The notes: generated by a model from the sequence alone, not told the origin. Counted from the first letter of the stretch, positions 26,422 through 39,189 are shown. The stretch: DNA of 64,000 bases from Hydrolagus affinis (GCA_012026655.1 JAAILG010001302.1:1-64000), one strand, 5' to 3'. Translations and numbers: made by a program.

Positions 26422-26610
26422 ATGAAAAATACTGCAGATGTTGGAAATTTGAAACTAAAACAGAGATCGCTGGTAACACTCTGGCAGCACAGAAAAGTAG
26501 GTCGACGTTTCGGTTCTGACGAAGGGTCATGGATCCGAAAAATTTACCTACTTTTGTTTTTCCATCGATGCTGCCTGATTTGCTGAGTGTTTCTAGCAAT
26601 GTCTGTTATT
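26422..26610. mobile_element. Penelope-type short inverted-repeat element with hammerhead-like core
   Basis: aatactgcagatgttggaaatttgaaa..aacagag..gctgg..acactc arm mirrored by gagtgtttctagcaatgtctgtt; central gtttcgg / ctgacgaagggtc..ccgaaa. Confidence 0.75.
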
Positions 26611-26847
26611 GTGAAAGTCACTCTAATTTGAGTTGTAGTGGACAAACCAACAGAAGATTTGTTGTTTCCCATAGGGTAGCAATAGGTGGGATGATCCAGC
26701 AATTGCAGGGCAGAGATCACAATAGAAAGCTGGGTAGCTCATTCGTCCTAAATACATGTGCTCCGCTGAGATATGGATAGCTGAACTTTATTCCCTATTT
26801 ATTGCACTAAACTGTGTGTTTTATTGTATTTATTTGCAACTCTATAC

Positions 26848-27153
26848 AATAGTAATAATAATCCTTGCATTTGATATAGTGTTTTTCACATCTTCTAGAT
26901 GTCTCAAAGTGCTTCATCCAATGTTCTGTAAAGTGAATTGACTGTATATTTGTGGGGATCATGCGGCAGCCAATTCCACACAGCAGTGTCCCACAAACAG
27001 TCGTGAATAGGAATGACCATTTTTTTTGGGGGGGGATTATTGTTAGATGTGTGGAGTAAGGAAACTTGCTTAAGGATTTGCCCTGCCTGGAATTGAACCT
27101 AGGTCTCTCGCTTGGAAGGTGAATGCTCCAACCACTGAGCTACAGGACTTCAC
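26848..27153 (-). mobile_element. Full-length tRNA-derived SINE, short subfamily
   Basis: Tail, body and head colinear with the 51144-51503 copy. Confidence 0.9.
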
Positions 27154-28499
27154 GATATAGTAATGTTTTACTTATTTGGATTTAAGTTGACCATAACCAA
27201 AAACATATGAAATATGCCAGATCAATAGGAGGTCATTTTGATAATTGAAACAGCTACTAATAATAACTTGGTATAGCATCTTTCTCAAAGTGTTTTATCG
27301 AATACTCTGTAAAGTGTAGTGACTGTGTATTTTGCAGACAAACACATTTAGTTCTGTGACATTTTTACAATCTACTTCTTTGCCATTTCTCCATGTTCCT
27401 TCCTATCTCTCTTTTGAATGTCTGAATTGTCTTTGTATCTATGACGTTCTGAGACTTATATTCTATATTTAGATAGCAGATTTTGTAGCAGAAAAACCTA
27501 TGCAGGCTCTCTGCACATCATTTCTTTTGCACAACAAAAGTACAACTGTTAAATCTTTTTGTAAAGTTTCTATGAAGCTGATAAATATATACATTTAAAT
27601 ATATACATGGGCTTTATCCAGCTTGATGCTACATGTTTGGACAATTCTTGCTGGCGCATTGCTTAACATTAAGCCAATTTGATTTTGGTTCTATTTAAAA
27701 AGGTTTGGGTATTTTCTTCTTTTGTAAAATGTGTGTGCTTATGGAATTCTTCCTTACATTTATCAGAAGCAAAAGAGAGCATTGCATAAATTTAGAGCCT
27801 CTTTGATTGGCCCCTGAGAGGTTGTAATGTTTTATTCCATTTTTTTATTCCGCTGTGGGCCAAATGTTTTAGAAGAGACATAGAAACAGCTGATACACTA
27901 ATTCCCCCCCCACCCCCTCCCACCATCCTTTGTAATGGAGCATTGGTGAGACAGCAGAAGAAGCTTCAAATATCAGATAATTATCTCCACACTGGAAGAT
28001 AGAAAGTGTCACAATAAATACTTTATTTTAATTGGTTTAACTTCAGGGACCATTACTGGCCTAATTAGAAACATGAAAAGGCTACACATATTGGAAAATA
28101 TCCTGGAGGAAGGAGAACATTAGCAATTCTGTCAAGACATCTTCCATATAAGAATATAGTACCAGTAACATCTTAATAGGGTGACATCTGTACCAGCACT
28201 CTGAAAGAAACAATGTTTATCTATGATCTAAACGGCAAAAATACACTTTGCTTACGCATGTGAGAAATTCCGCATGCTTCTCAATGCAGCCTCTGAATTT
28301 ATGCACAAACACAGGCTCCTCGTATTTATCAATAAACTATTTCACACAGTTTGCTTCATTGTACAATCTGACATGCTGTGAACTTACAAGTTTACCAAGT
28401 AAATGTGTTATATTACTTTGAAGCTGCCATTGGTGTCTAAAATGCAGTTCGGGCTAATAGCCCATATTCAAACACATTCAGAAGACCTGTAGGTCTGTC

Positions 28500-28624
28500 T
28501 TCAAGACACCTCAAAGTACTTCATAGAATGTACTGCAATGTGAATTGACTCTACATTTTGTTGGTGAAACGGGCAGCACAACAGGGTTCCACGAACAGCC
28601 ATGAATTGAGTGACAAAATGTTAC
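28500..28624 (-). mobile_element. SINE fragment abutting the MITE
   Basis: tcaaagtacttcatagaatgtactgcaatgtgaattgactctacattttg matches SINE body. Confidence 0.65.
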
Positions 28625-28626
28625 TA

Positions 28627-28838
28627 TAGTAAAAGCCTGTTTATCCGGCACCTGATCAACTGTAACTTCCGTATAACCGCCATCGCAAACAAAAATCTGC
28701 ATTCAATTAATCGGAATTTATCCGGATAAATGCATTCAATTTTTTTAAATGTTTTTGCGTTTTCAGCCGAAAATCCGGCATGCGTTTTAACCGGCATTGG
28801 CCAGGTCCCGAGGGTGCCAGATAAACGGGCTTTTACTG
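28627..28838. mobile_element. Tc1/mariner-superfamily (pogo/Tigger-like) MITE, 212 bp
   Basis: 26-bp TIRs tagtaaaagcctgtttatccggcacc / ggtgccagataaacgggcttttactg with 3 mismatches, flanked by TA on both sides. Confidence 0.9.
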
Positions 28839-30004
28839 TACAGGTATATATGTATATAATATGGTATTTGCAAGTCCTTTTGTATGCGGAAGATTTTTTT
28901 TATATTGGAACAGAGTTTTTTGAATTTTTTGCACTTCTACACATCACTGATGCTTGGCATCTAAAATGCGTAGTGGACCAATAACCAACGTGATGTGTAA
29001 TCCATTTCATTGATTAGTTTGTTCCTGTGTGTAAGTGCGTCTGTAGGAGCCCCCTGGAGACAGGTTTCAATTTCACCAATGACTGAAGCATTTACTCACA
29101 CCAATATCATTCATTGCTGAACTCATGCTCTGTCCTACTTTTAGAACATCTCACAAACATTCTACCAGTGCTCTTAAACTCTTGTCCAGTTTAAGAGCAC
29201 TGGACAATTAAAATCCCATTGAATGATGACCCCATAGATACACAATTGTTACATGAATTTTAAAATACTTAGGAGACTAAACTGAGGTGATGAAATTGAA
29301 GTACAGGTAATTTAGTAAAGTAGCAAGGCTTAGAATAATCTCTATAACCTGCTACAAGTTTGTTTACTTTGATTTTGTATTTGTCCCCAATATTTTGCTC
29401 CATCGGTGCCATTTATCCTCCCTCTAAGCAGCCTGGCACCATTGCAGATTTTCACCTGCTTTCTGTCTGAGTATTTCTTCGAATTTTGCTGGCAACAGAT
29501 TTGATTAAGTGCAAAGAACTAGACTGACAGTTTTTCTCTTCTGGTTATCGAACATCTTACTACCAGAAAATACTTCAACTATTGGGCCACAAGAGATTTG
29601 ACCAAAGGTACCCAACAAGAGTATCTAAGTGACAGGCAGCCTTGGGACCCTTGTATATGCCATTCAAGTTGAAAGTCAAGTGGCCCAAATACTTCATGCA
29701 GTATCCCTAAGCATTATTTTCTGTAAAAATTGTATTTCAGGATTGGGGAGAATGTAATTTTTGTTTTTTCACCAGATAATAACAATAACAATCCTTGCAG
29801 TTGATGTAGTGCCTTATCACAGCATGGAGGCATCTCATCACATTACAGGATATGCTATAATGTAGATTTAATGTGCGTTTTATGGGGAAAACATTGACTA
29901 ATAATTGCTGATTAATAATTGTTAAACAAAATAAATGCAATTGAAAGATGTTCTTACAGCTAGAATTTAAAATCAAATTATTCTGACTTCACTTTAACCA
30001 AGAT

Positions 30005-30210
30005 AAATAATAATAATCATTGCATTTGATATAGCACTTTTCACATCTTCTAGATGTTTCAAAGTGCTTCACAGAATATACTATGAAGTGAATTGACTAT
30101 AAATTCATGGGCAAAATGCAGCAGCCAATTGTGCACAGCAGCGTCATACAAATAGTCGTGGATTGAAGTGACCAATTTATTATTGTTCTTTTTTGTTAAG
30201 GGATTACTAT
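30005..30210 (-). mobile_element. tRNA-derived SINE lacking head
   Basis: Tail and body match the family. Confidence 0.85.
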
Positions 30211-31479
30211 CAGGCCAGCAAAGTCGGAAAACAAGCAGGCAGGAGAAGCCAAAGAGAGGACAATGAGCTCAAATTCTGATGTGAGGTTTGAAACAACAGT
30301 TTCTGACTCAGAGACAGTTAGGGCTACCAATTCAGCTCACTTGATGCTATGGTCTTAAGGCTAAGACCTGGGCTTGAGAGTCTGCAAGAATGTATCCACA
30401 CCCCTGAAGACAATGTCATTGGAGAGTCTTGAACCGCCAGCCAAGGAACTCTGAAAGTTCATTGAAGTTGGGAATTTCAAACAGGGAAATGTTGTCACAT
30501 TAGTGATAGAAGCTGGGTTTGGTGGCTGAAATGATGGGACAACCTTTGCCAGTGTTTTTAATAAGAATATTGTTAGGTCACAGTGGAGGAGGTGTCAAGG
30601 TTTCAGCACGTGTTCAGAGGCTAGATGTCTTATTTTGTTGTATTAGTTCACTAAAATGGTTCACTTGCTGCTACCTGACCAGCAAGATGACAGCCTCTTT
30701 CAATATACATCCCGGCATCTGTTGAGATAGGGCCACAGCAATCAGAATTACCGTAGTTGTTGGCTAATATCTCTTTTCAGGATTCTTAAGGAAAATATCA
30801 GAAGAAAGATTTACACACCATGGACTTACTGAGTTAGCAAACAAATTCAATCAAAAGATCTTTAATTTCAGTGATGTTTTTTATAACATGATTAAAAAAA
30901 GCCACATTTAAATGTAACTGCAATTTACTTTGGAGCAGGATGATACTTGTACTTTTCTAGAATCAACGGCAGTTCTATAAGTAATGGGATTTAAATGCAA
31001 TAAACTGGATTTCTTTTGTATCTTCAGTTTGATCTTCAAATCTTCAATTTCCTTTATCTGTGTTCTCCAGCAGTTTTCTTATCCCCAAAAACAAGTTTAA
31101 ATTTGAATTGATGTATGCAAATGAGCTAACACTCGCAGACGGAGCTGATCTTGAATACGTTTAGAATTCCATAAATAATTCAAAATTAAAGAAAAAGGAT
31201 GTTTAACCCTTCTACTCCTAGCTGTTTCAGGAAGTTCCATTTATTATCTTCCAGCATTCACATGCACACAGCGCATGTGCAGCAAGGAAGATTAGAGTTC
31301 ACAATGAGGGAGCTTAAGTGTTTGTAACAAAGGTTACAATCAAATGACTGGCCATCATGTATAAGAATGTTATATAGATTCAGTTTCATTTGCATTTGAA
31401 CATAAGGATATAACTTTATCATTTGTGGTACTGTTCATTGTTTTAAGTGTCTGTACAAGAATAAATAGAAGGGGTAAGA

Positions 31480-31755
31480 AAGGAATATACTACAAATCAG
31501 GAATCTAGATAAGCTAGCAAGAGATGTCTTGGAGGGGACCCTATATAAGATAGGATAGAGAAAGTAAACCCAGAACACTACTTTCAAATGTACCAAGACA
31601 GCAAGGCACAAGTTCAAGGTTGTGAAGGTCAGTTTTTATCAGGAAGTAGTATTTCTTTATGGAGTTAATATTTGAAATAGGTTGGCAGGATGGGTGGTTG
31701 AGACCATAAGCTAGTAGGATTTATTTATTCATTATAAACAGCTTGATGGTATTTC
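31480..31755 (+). mobile_element. Degraded CR1 3' fragment
   Basis: caaggcacaagttcaagg...tttctttatggagttaatatttgaaataggttg..gggtggttgag. Confidence 0.5.
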
Positions 31756-33657
31756 TCATACCATATATTTTAACTACATAAAGTATGAACTTCAGGTTGT
31801 TGTGCTGCAAACAAATTTGTGATGCAAGCAGGTGCAGTACAATGTAAATTGGTTGTTCGCAAGAAATTATCAAATATACCAATCATTAATATGTCAAAAG
31901 AGGTGTACTGTATTTCCTCCTGATAAACAAGCATTTAAGTTTAGTCAAACCAATCTGGTGATTGCCTGGACGAATTACTTTATCTTCTGATCAATTATGT
32001 GACTAGCTTTCAGAAGGAATTTTTGTTAATTCCAAATGAACACCAAAGCTTTCATTGCTAACAATAATTGTTAGCCTTTGAATTGGCGTCATCATTGGAG
32101 CAGTTTGTTGCATTAAGTTCTTTTCCAGATAAAGACTATTATTTACGCGGGGAAAAACATGTTAAATGGAATAGGTTGTTGGACACACGTTTTGGACAGG
32201 TAGGATGTGTGTAGGATGTGTGTATGGGGGTAAGGGGATTGATTTCCTGTGGAGTTAAATGGCTGTAATGGTGATGTCAAGATGATTTTTCTTGTTTCCT
32301 TCCATTGTGCTCTGTGAGTCTCAAAAGAGCCACATAAGGTGCTCTGTGTCTGTGTCACTACATTGTTACAGCCCATGTCTATCTGCAACTGGGAGCCGAG
32401 AGTTGGAAACCTGCAGCTGTAGACGGTGATACAACGGGAACTGGCTAAGGTCAACAGTGCCGTAATTACTTTAAAATGTCAGAGTACAATAAAATACAAC
32501 AGTTCATCTGGCAGAAAGCAAATTAGCTTTGACCATGGTGTAATTACCCTTTTCTGCACTGCCATTAGAGCAGATCAAATCTCTACATTCACTGTTTGAG
32601 GAAAGGCCATCAGAATACACTCTACATGACAAGGATGCACATTTGCCATTTTGCGATGTAATTAATTGTCCTTAGAATAGAATTTTTTAATATTTGACTC
32701 TATAATGGAAAAGTGTAATAACTTGATATGTTCATCTAAAGACATCCAAGTCCTAGCTGAAATGAGAAATGTTCATGTTTTTCATTGATGTCTTCAAAGA
32801 AAACATCCCCAACAATTTATATTTTGCTCTTCCTCGTGGTGCAATGTATGGATCATATAATGTGTTGCTGAGCACAAGTTAACAATATACAGTGTAGATC
32901 ATAAATCTTGCCCACAAAACACACAATCACTCCAATCTGCAGTAAATCTTATGAAGTGCTTTGAGATGTCCTCTTGACGTGAAAGGCGTATATCAAATGT
33001 AAGGATTATTGTTATTTTGATCCCAAAAAGATAGCACAAATTTGAGGTCTAAACATAACCATGAAATCTTCTCCTGGAAAATTTATTTTAAAAGTTCCAT
33101 ATCTTGTAAAGTGCAGCAATAGGTTTTATATCAAGTTATGTAAATTTTCTTGGATCTGATCATATTTCTTTTACTGTAATATCTACACTGATAACACACA
33201 CCTACAAAACTCAGGACAGTTGCTACAGTGGTGACATGTAACCTAAAACAAGTCTGCACAATTTGATATTTCTTCTAGTTTTGCTGTTTTTCATGGATTT
33301 GATAAAATGTTATAACGGTAGTCGACCATTCAGCCCATCAAGTTTGAGCTGTTCTTTTCTCCACTTGATCCACCCAGTGTAATACTACATTTCTCCTTCT
33401 TCCCCAAATCTCATAAGGTTATTTTTCCAAGCATCAGTCTAAACTATTCAACACTGTTTACAGAGTTAGCTATCATGCAGATTCATGGGGACAATGACCA
33501 GTGAGCGAGAAAAAATAAAGTCAATTCACTTTACTGTATATTCTGTGAAGTGCTTTCAGATATCTCAAAGATGTGCTAAGGCACTTTTATCAAATGCAAG
33601 GATTGCTTTTATTATTACAACACAGTTGTTGGGTTCCTTAAATTCCTAACTCACGCT

Positions 33658-33911
33658 ATCATGATAGCCAGTTTCACTGTGGGTTGCCACATGATGGACT
33701 CCTTGTCCTTAAAGGAAAATGGATGACTTCTGGCTCATCAGATCACCACTGATGTCACTTATGTTTTGTTGTACAAAGCAATATATGATGTCGGTAGTGA
33801 CCTAATGACCCAGACTGTGGCCATTTTAACACAAAAGTTTATCAGCGCATGTGAAGTAATGAGACAACTACATACATGCACATCGAATGGGATCCATAGG
33901 GCTACCATGAT
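33658..33911. repeat. Ancient hairpin/MITE relic
   Basis: Terminal atcatgatagcc / ggctaccatgat (1 mismatch) enclosing an imperfect hairpin with ~54-bp arms at 33716-33827. Confidence 0.65.
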
Positions 33912-34351
33912 TCATTTACAATAGAAAGATTCACATTACAGCAAGGCTGCACTGCACATGATGACATCAATGATCAGAACATCACATTTCCAATGAATTT
34001 TATTTAATTCCTTGAAGCAAGAAGATTCACATCAAAGAGTTTTACATTTATTATTGATTATTGTTCCTATGTTTTCAGTTAATTCAGAAACAGCTAATCG
34101 GATAATTTTGCATTTAAAATGTTCCAAGCATTTTTCCTTTTAATTAACAAATCTATTTTAGAGAGACATGTGATTTTTTAGATCGATTGTTAGTTTTTTT
34201 CCAACAATTCAAATGACAGTGAATGATGGTAGGAGGTATGTGGAAGCATTTCAATTGAGCCTAACTCTGTCCTCACCCAAGAATCATACACATGGACTGT
34301 GTAGAAGGGATGTCAGGCAATGCTGTATCAATTATGTCTTGTATTACAAGA

Positions 34352-34490
34352 CACAAAACACAAAATATTACAGATGCTGGGAATCTGAAAGAAAAACAAA
34401 AGTTGCTGGGGAAACTCAGCAGGTTAAGCGGCATCCATGGAGAAAGGAAAAAGAGTCAACGTTTCGGGTCTACAACCCTTCGTCAGGACA
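34352..34490 (-). mobile_element. Penelope-type repeat with hammerhead-like core
   Basis: Minus strand CTGACGA-A-GGGT-tgtag-ACCC-GAAA-CGTTGAC followed by ..ctccatggatgccgcttaacctgctgagtttccccagca; same family as 26422. Confidence 0.8.
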
Positions 34491-34649
34491 TAACATTAGC
34501 TGCAAAATTATTTCCCTATTGTTGGAGAAGAGGTGGAATGTAATCTGTAGAAGGAAGGAGACCCAATTTGAATCATGGAGATTTAAGAATAAATGGATTA
34601 TCTATGCAGAATCTTCTCAATAAAATAGATTGAATGGGAAGTCCACAGT

Positions 34650-34950
34650 TCAACAACAACTTGCCTATATATAGCATAATTTATGCTCTGCATCCACCTC
34701 ACCACTGTGCAGCACTCGTGGAGTGCTGCACAGTGGTGAGGTGGATGCAGAGCATGGGAGAAGTGGGAAGTGAAGCAGGGTCAAACAGATAGGTGGGATT
34801 TAAAGATAAATTTAAAGGTTTAAAGATAAAGAGGAGGCAAGGTGGAAAGATTAAGGTGGGAAGTTCCAGGAGTTAAGGGCATAGTGATTGAAGACACAGC
34901 CACCGATGGTGATGTGGAAGGATCAGGGGATACAGCAGGCTTGGGTTAGT
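34650..34950 (-). mobile_element. Old L2 3' end containing a perfect palindrome
   Basis: caacaacaacttgcctatatatagc tail; gaggaggcaaggtgg..ggaagttccag..cagccaccgatggt ORF2 end. Confidence 0.75.
34683..34755. repeat. Perfect inverted repeat, 35-bp arms, 3-nt loop
   Basis: atgctctgcatccacctcaccactgtgcagcactc-gtg-gagtgctgcacagtggtgaggtggatgcagagcat. Confidence 0.97.
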
Positions 34951-36594
34951 TCAGATTGGATTTAAATAGGACACTGCATGCAGGATGATGGACAAACTTT
35001 CCCATTCTTGTTCACGTTTTCTTTTTGTTCTGAGGTTATACTTCTTTCTTTCTCAGGTTGTACACAATACAATCTGCATTTACTTTCACGTCATGGGGAT
35101 GTCTCAACGCGATTGATGCTGGTATTAGGCACCTGAGCTGGGGTGGGAGCTGAAGTGGGTGGGGAGAGAAAGATAGCTGTATGTGCAGCGAAGAATTTTT
35201 TATATTTATTATTTTTGTATGTTCTTCCTGTTCTTATTATTATCTTGGTTTCACATAAAGACATTACTCGTATCCTCATGTCTGTTTACTCAATTCCACC
35301 CCCTCCCCCCACCCCTATTTCTGTCTATTTTAACCTGAAGTCTATGACATATTGTGGAGATAGTTAAACTGGCACCAACTGCCCTTCCCTATCTAAGTGT
35401 GAAAGGCTACAAAAATATAATTTTGTTGTTGTTGTTGGAAGTGACCATTATTTATGTATGAACCCAGATAGTTAATGAGTGTGGCTAAGCTATTTGGCCA
35501 TGGGAAGAATCATACTTCATCCAAATTCTGTACTAGTACAATGTCTGCACACATGTATCTTCTAGTAGTGTGTGTGGGGTGGGGGGGGAGGGAAGTTTCT
35601 GGATAAATCCTGGTGGATTTCCCTTTTCACGTTACCAACCAGATATTTTTAGGAAAGTAACAGCAAGTTAACACCCCTAAATCCATCCAGACAACTAAGT
35701 AGTCTAAGAGCCACGGGTTTCCTCATTGCTCTTCTTTAAACCCTTCGCAAAGCTGCATTCAGGTATTATGAACCCAAAACTGGATAGAATGCCCCAATGT
35801 AGTCTCATTAGTGCTTTGCAGAAAGGCAGTCACACCTCTTTGAACATGCATAGTGCATGACTGGCATTGTTTGACTACTGACACCATGCAATGTGACAAA
35901 TTTCAATGTTGGGTCAACTATCACATCCGGACTCTTTTCCCGTCCCACAATCTTTAATGGTCAACACCTTAGGACATTCTCCTGACATGAAAAGCTGCGC
36001 TATAAATGTAATTTTGTCGTTGTTGTTGTTGATGATGTGTCTTTGCTTTATCATTACAAGCCCTATTTTTAGTGCCAATATGGATTATCTTGCCCTATAT
36101 GGCAGTTATACATTTGTATGCAACAAGCTTCACATAGAATGCAACACTTACAATTATCAAGACAAATGATACTTCTACCTTACAGTTCAAGCACTTGAAA
36201 TGCTTTATACTTGTTTTGTTCCATCTGGTTTGCATTGATATCCTGTTACTGAAACTTTTCATGGTAGTAAAACATATTTTAATAATGGTCCTTTTACAGT
36301 TCGCTATGTATTGCCATTCGTCTCTGGGGAATTGACACAAAAGATTGGTAAATTTAAAACAAAACCAAATCAGTTCAGTGAGAGTATCCTTGAAGTTTCT
36401 ATTCAGTCAATTATCCTGGGGAAGTCTTCCCAATGTGAAAGGTGCTACACAAATACAATTTTGTTTGTTTGTTTCTTATTGTGTTTTGATGGTAACATTC
36501 GTTAAAAAAATTCTTCTGATAAAAACAGCTAATTTTCCAATGAAAATCATATAGTAGTGAGGAAACCTATGTCAGTTCCATATGCTCAATAACA

Positions 36595-36972
36595 ACTAGC
36601 ACTTAAACTATGGCCTCCACGCCAGGCAGCATCTCAGAGTGCTTAACAGTGGCGGAACTTGACTCCAAGCCGGAGGTAGGGGGGAGGGTAGGGGGAGATG
36701 GCCATAAGCACGGTCAAAGAGGAACGTTTTCATGTGGGACTTGAAAAAGGGGAGTGAGGAGGCAATGCGGGAGGATTGAGGGAGAGTGTTCCAGAGTTTT
36801 GGGGGCATAGTGGCTGAAAGTGTAACCTCCGATGGTGGAGTGGAAGGTGCAAGGGACAAGCAGGAGGCCGGTGCCAGTCGAGCAAAGGCGCTAGTTGGTG
36901 GATTGAGGAGTGAGGAGATCGGAGAGGTAGGGAGGTGGATTTGAACATGTGTGTGAGGATCTTGAAGTCGAA
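36595..36972 (-). mobile_element. L2 3' fragment
   Basis: ORF 36608-36985 contains PKLWNTLPQSSRIASSLPFFKSHMKTFLFDRAY. Confidence 0.85.
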
Positions 36973-38144
36973 AATACTGTAGCATTTTGCAAATAATAAA
37001 TGTGATTCCTTGAGTACAAAGTGTTGTACATAAGTTTACAAGTATAATGTCCCGAGCTATTTTTTTCCCTCTCTCTGCTGCATTTTACTGATTGTGAAGT
37101 AATGTAGAGTATATTCCAAGTTGAAGAGCATACTTCATGACCCATCTTTTTCAGCTAAGACTAATTTAATGTGCTGTTTAACTAACAGTGGTAGAGATTT
37201 TATTATAAGAGGTATCATTTATCATTGGCCCCATTTACACCACAGCTGTATATTCTTCTAGATTTACTGAGTTTTTATTTAAAATGCACCATCTGAATAG
37301 AGAAGATGAATACACTCTGGTGTTAGTCAGAATAAAAACTCCCATCTGCTACTTTAATTCAAGCCATTAAACAGCATGACCTGATTCCCTTCTTGTTCCA
37401 CAGTACATCATAGTGAATGCGTCAGACTTGTAATTTCATATCTTTGACATATGCATTCATTCAAGGTGAATGCAAGTGTAATTATTTGAGCCTGATCACT
37501 AGATATAGATTATCTACTGTTCAGACTGGACACAAATGGTATTTTGCCTATTTTTTTTTACTTTACCAGCTTTGGACATCAACCTATAAATCTTGTGTTT
37601 AAAATCTGTATGAGAGATTCCTTTTGTTTCTACAATACTGCTTATTAGTATTTCTGTTCTGTTTTTTGCAGTGCCCTTTCTCCACATTGGTCCAAAGGGC
37701 ATCACCTGACAAATGTTGCAATCAGTGTTACTAACCCTTTGGGACAAGGTGGTTACGGATGATTTATATCTGAAAAATTGGGTTACCTTTCTCATTTCAT
37801 CTCGTGATAAAACCAATTTAATTGTTATATGCCATAAGCTTCAGCAGTTCTATTGTAGTACTCTGAATTGTAGCACACTTTCACATAGCTGACAATAATA
37901 ATACTTGTTAAGACATTATAATGACCATTATTTAATTACCATGGAGATCCATTGCACTTTTGTAGGAAAAGTAAAAGTTAACACAAGGTCTTACAATGCA
38001 GCCTGACATGTTAAAGATGTGACAACTCAGCAATGCATGGCTTGAATCATTTTGCAATGCCCTTTGTAAATTCAAGTGTTCATTTTGAAGTCTCTAACAC
38101 TCTAACCAATAACTATTATAGTACTGTACATATAATACTAATAA

Positions 38145-38425
38145 ATAATAATAATAACACTTGGATTTGCTTCAGCACCCTTTCACCCTAGCAGGATATC
38201 TCAACATACTTTGCACAATTTCTTTGCATGACTTTGTATTTAGTAGGCAAACATAGCAGTCAATTTGTGCACAGCAATATCACACAAATATCCAAGAATG
38301 AATGAGAGCAATTTTCTTTAGGATTGTTGGCCAGAACACCATGAAAAACATACTTCTGTTTTCAAATAATGCCATGGGATCCTCAATATCCACCTGGACT
38401 TGCAGAAAGAATCTTGGTTTAATGT
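38145..38425 (-). mobile_element. DeuSINE 3' portion
   Basis: L2-type tail, gcagtcaatttgtgcacagcaa, ttggccagaacacc, aataatgccatgggatcctcaatatccacctg. Confidence 0.75.
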
Positions 38426-39189
38426 TTAATTCAAAGGACACCAAAGGATTTTATTGTGATATATAGGGAATTGTGTATTTGTGGGCAAGACTATACTGCC
38501 CAGAGTTTTCATGTTGAAGTAACGGAAATAATGCAATGTGATGCATTGATTAGGCTTATAATGAGCAGTGAGCAACAACAATAACAGCTCGCTGTTAGGA
38601 ATGTTGCTACATGAGCCAATTATCCATGTTAGTTTTGATGTTAAATAAAAGTAATGTTTCCCAGGACTGACTACAAGTAAAACTAATGTTTTCTGTAGTC
38701 TCTTGCTGTTATGTAGTTCTTGATCAAATAAAGAATTTTGATGAATCCCAAAGTTGAATGCATGCAATGAAAGAGTTAAAAGTCCATACAGTACTTTTGT
38801 CTCTACCATGCAGACATACATTTAGTGGATAATTAAGTCAGGCAGTTTGGATACCGCTGTATCCTTAATTTCATGAAAAGGTCTTTTATCATGGAGTCTT
38901 TAAAATATGCTGAACAGTATTAAAATTTCATATAGGTCATGCTCTTAGAAAAGACCATATTAAAAAGTTTTGCATTTATATTTAGCGGTACATGATGCTT
39001 TAATAGATCACACTAGCCTATTCTGTTACATTCAATGAGATTGGCAAATGTGGTTACAATAAAATTTTAAATAATACATAAATTTACACTACAAATGTAA
39101 AATTACATTTTAAATTTAAAAATCTTAGTTATTTACAAATACATAATCAACTACAGTAAATCACTAATCACTTATAATGGGCTGAAGCA

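Noticed and set aside
34213-34623. 136-aa ORF
   Set aside because: Reads through a Penelope-type repeat; no protein signature
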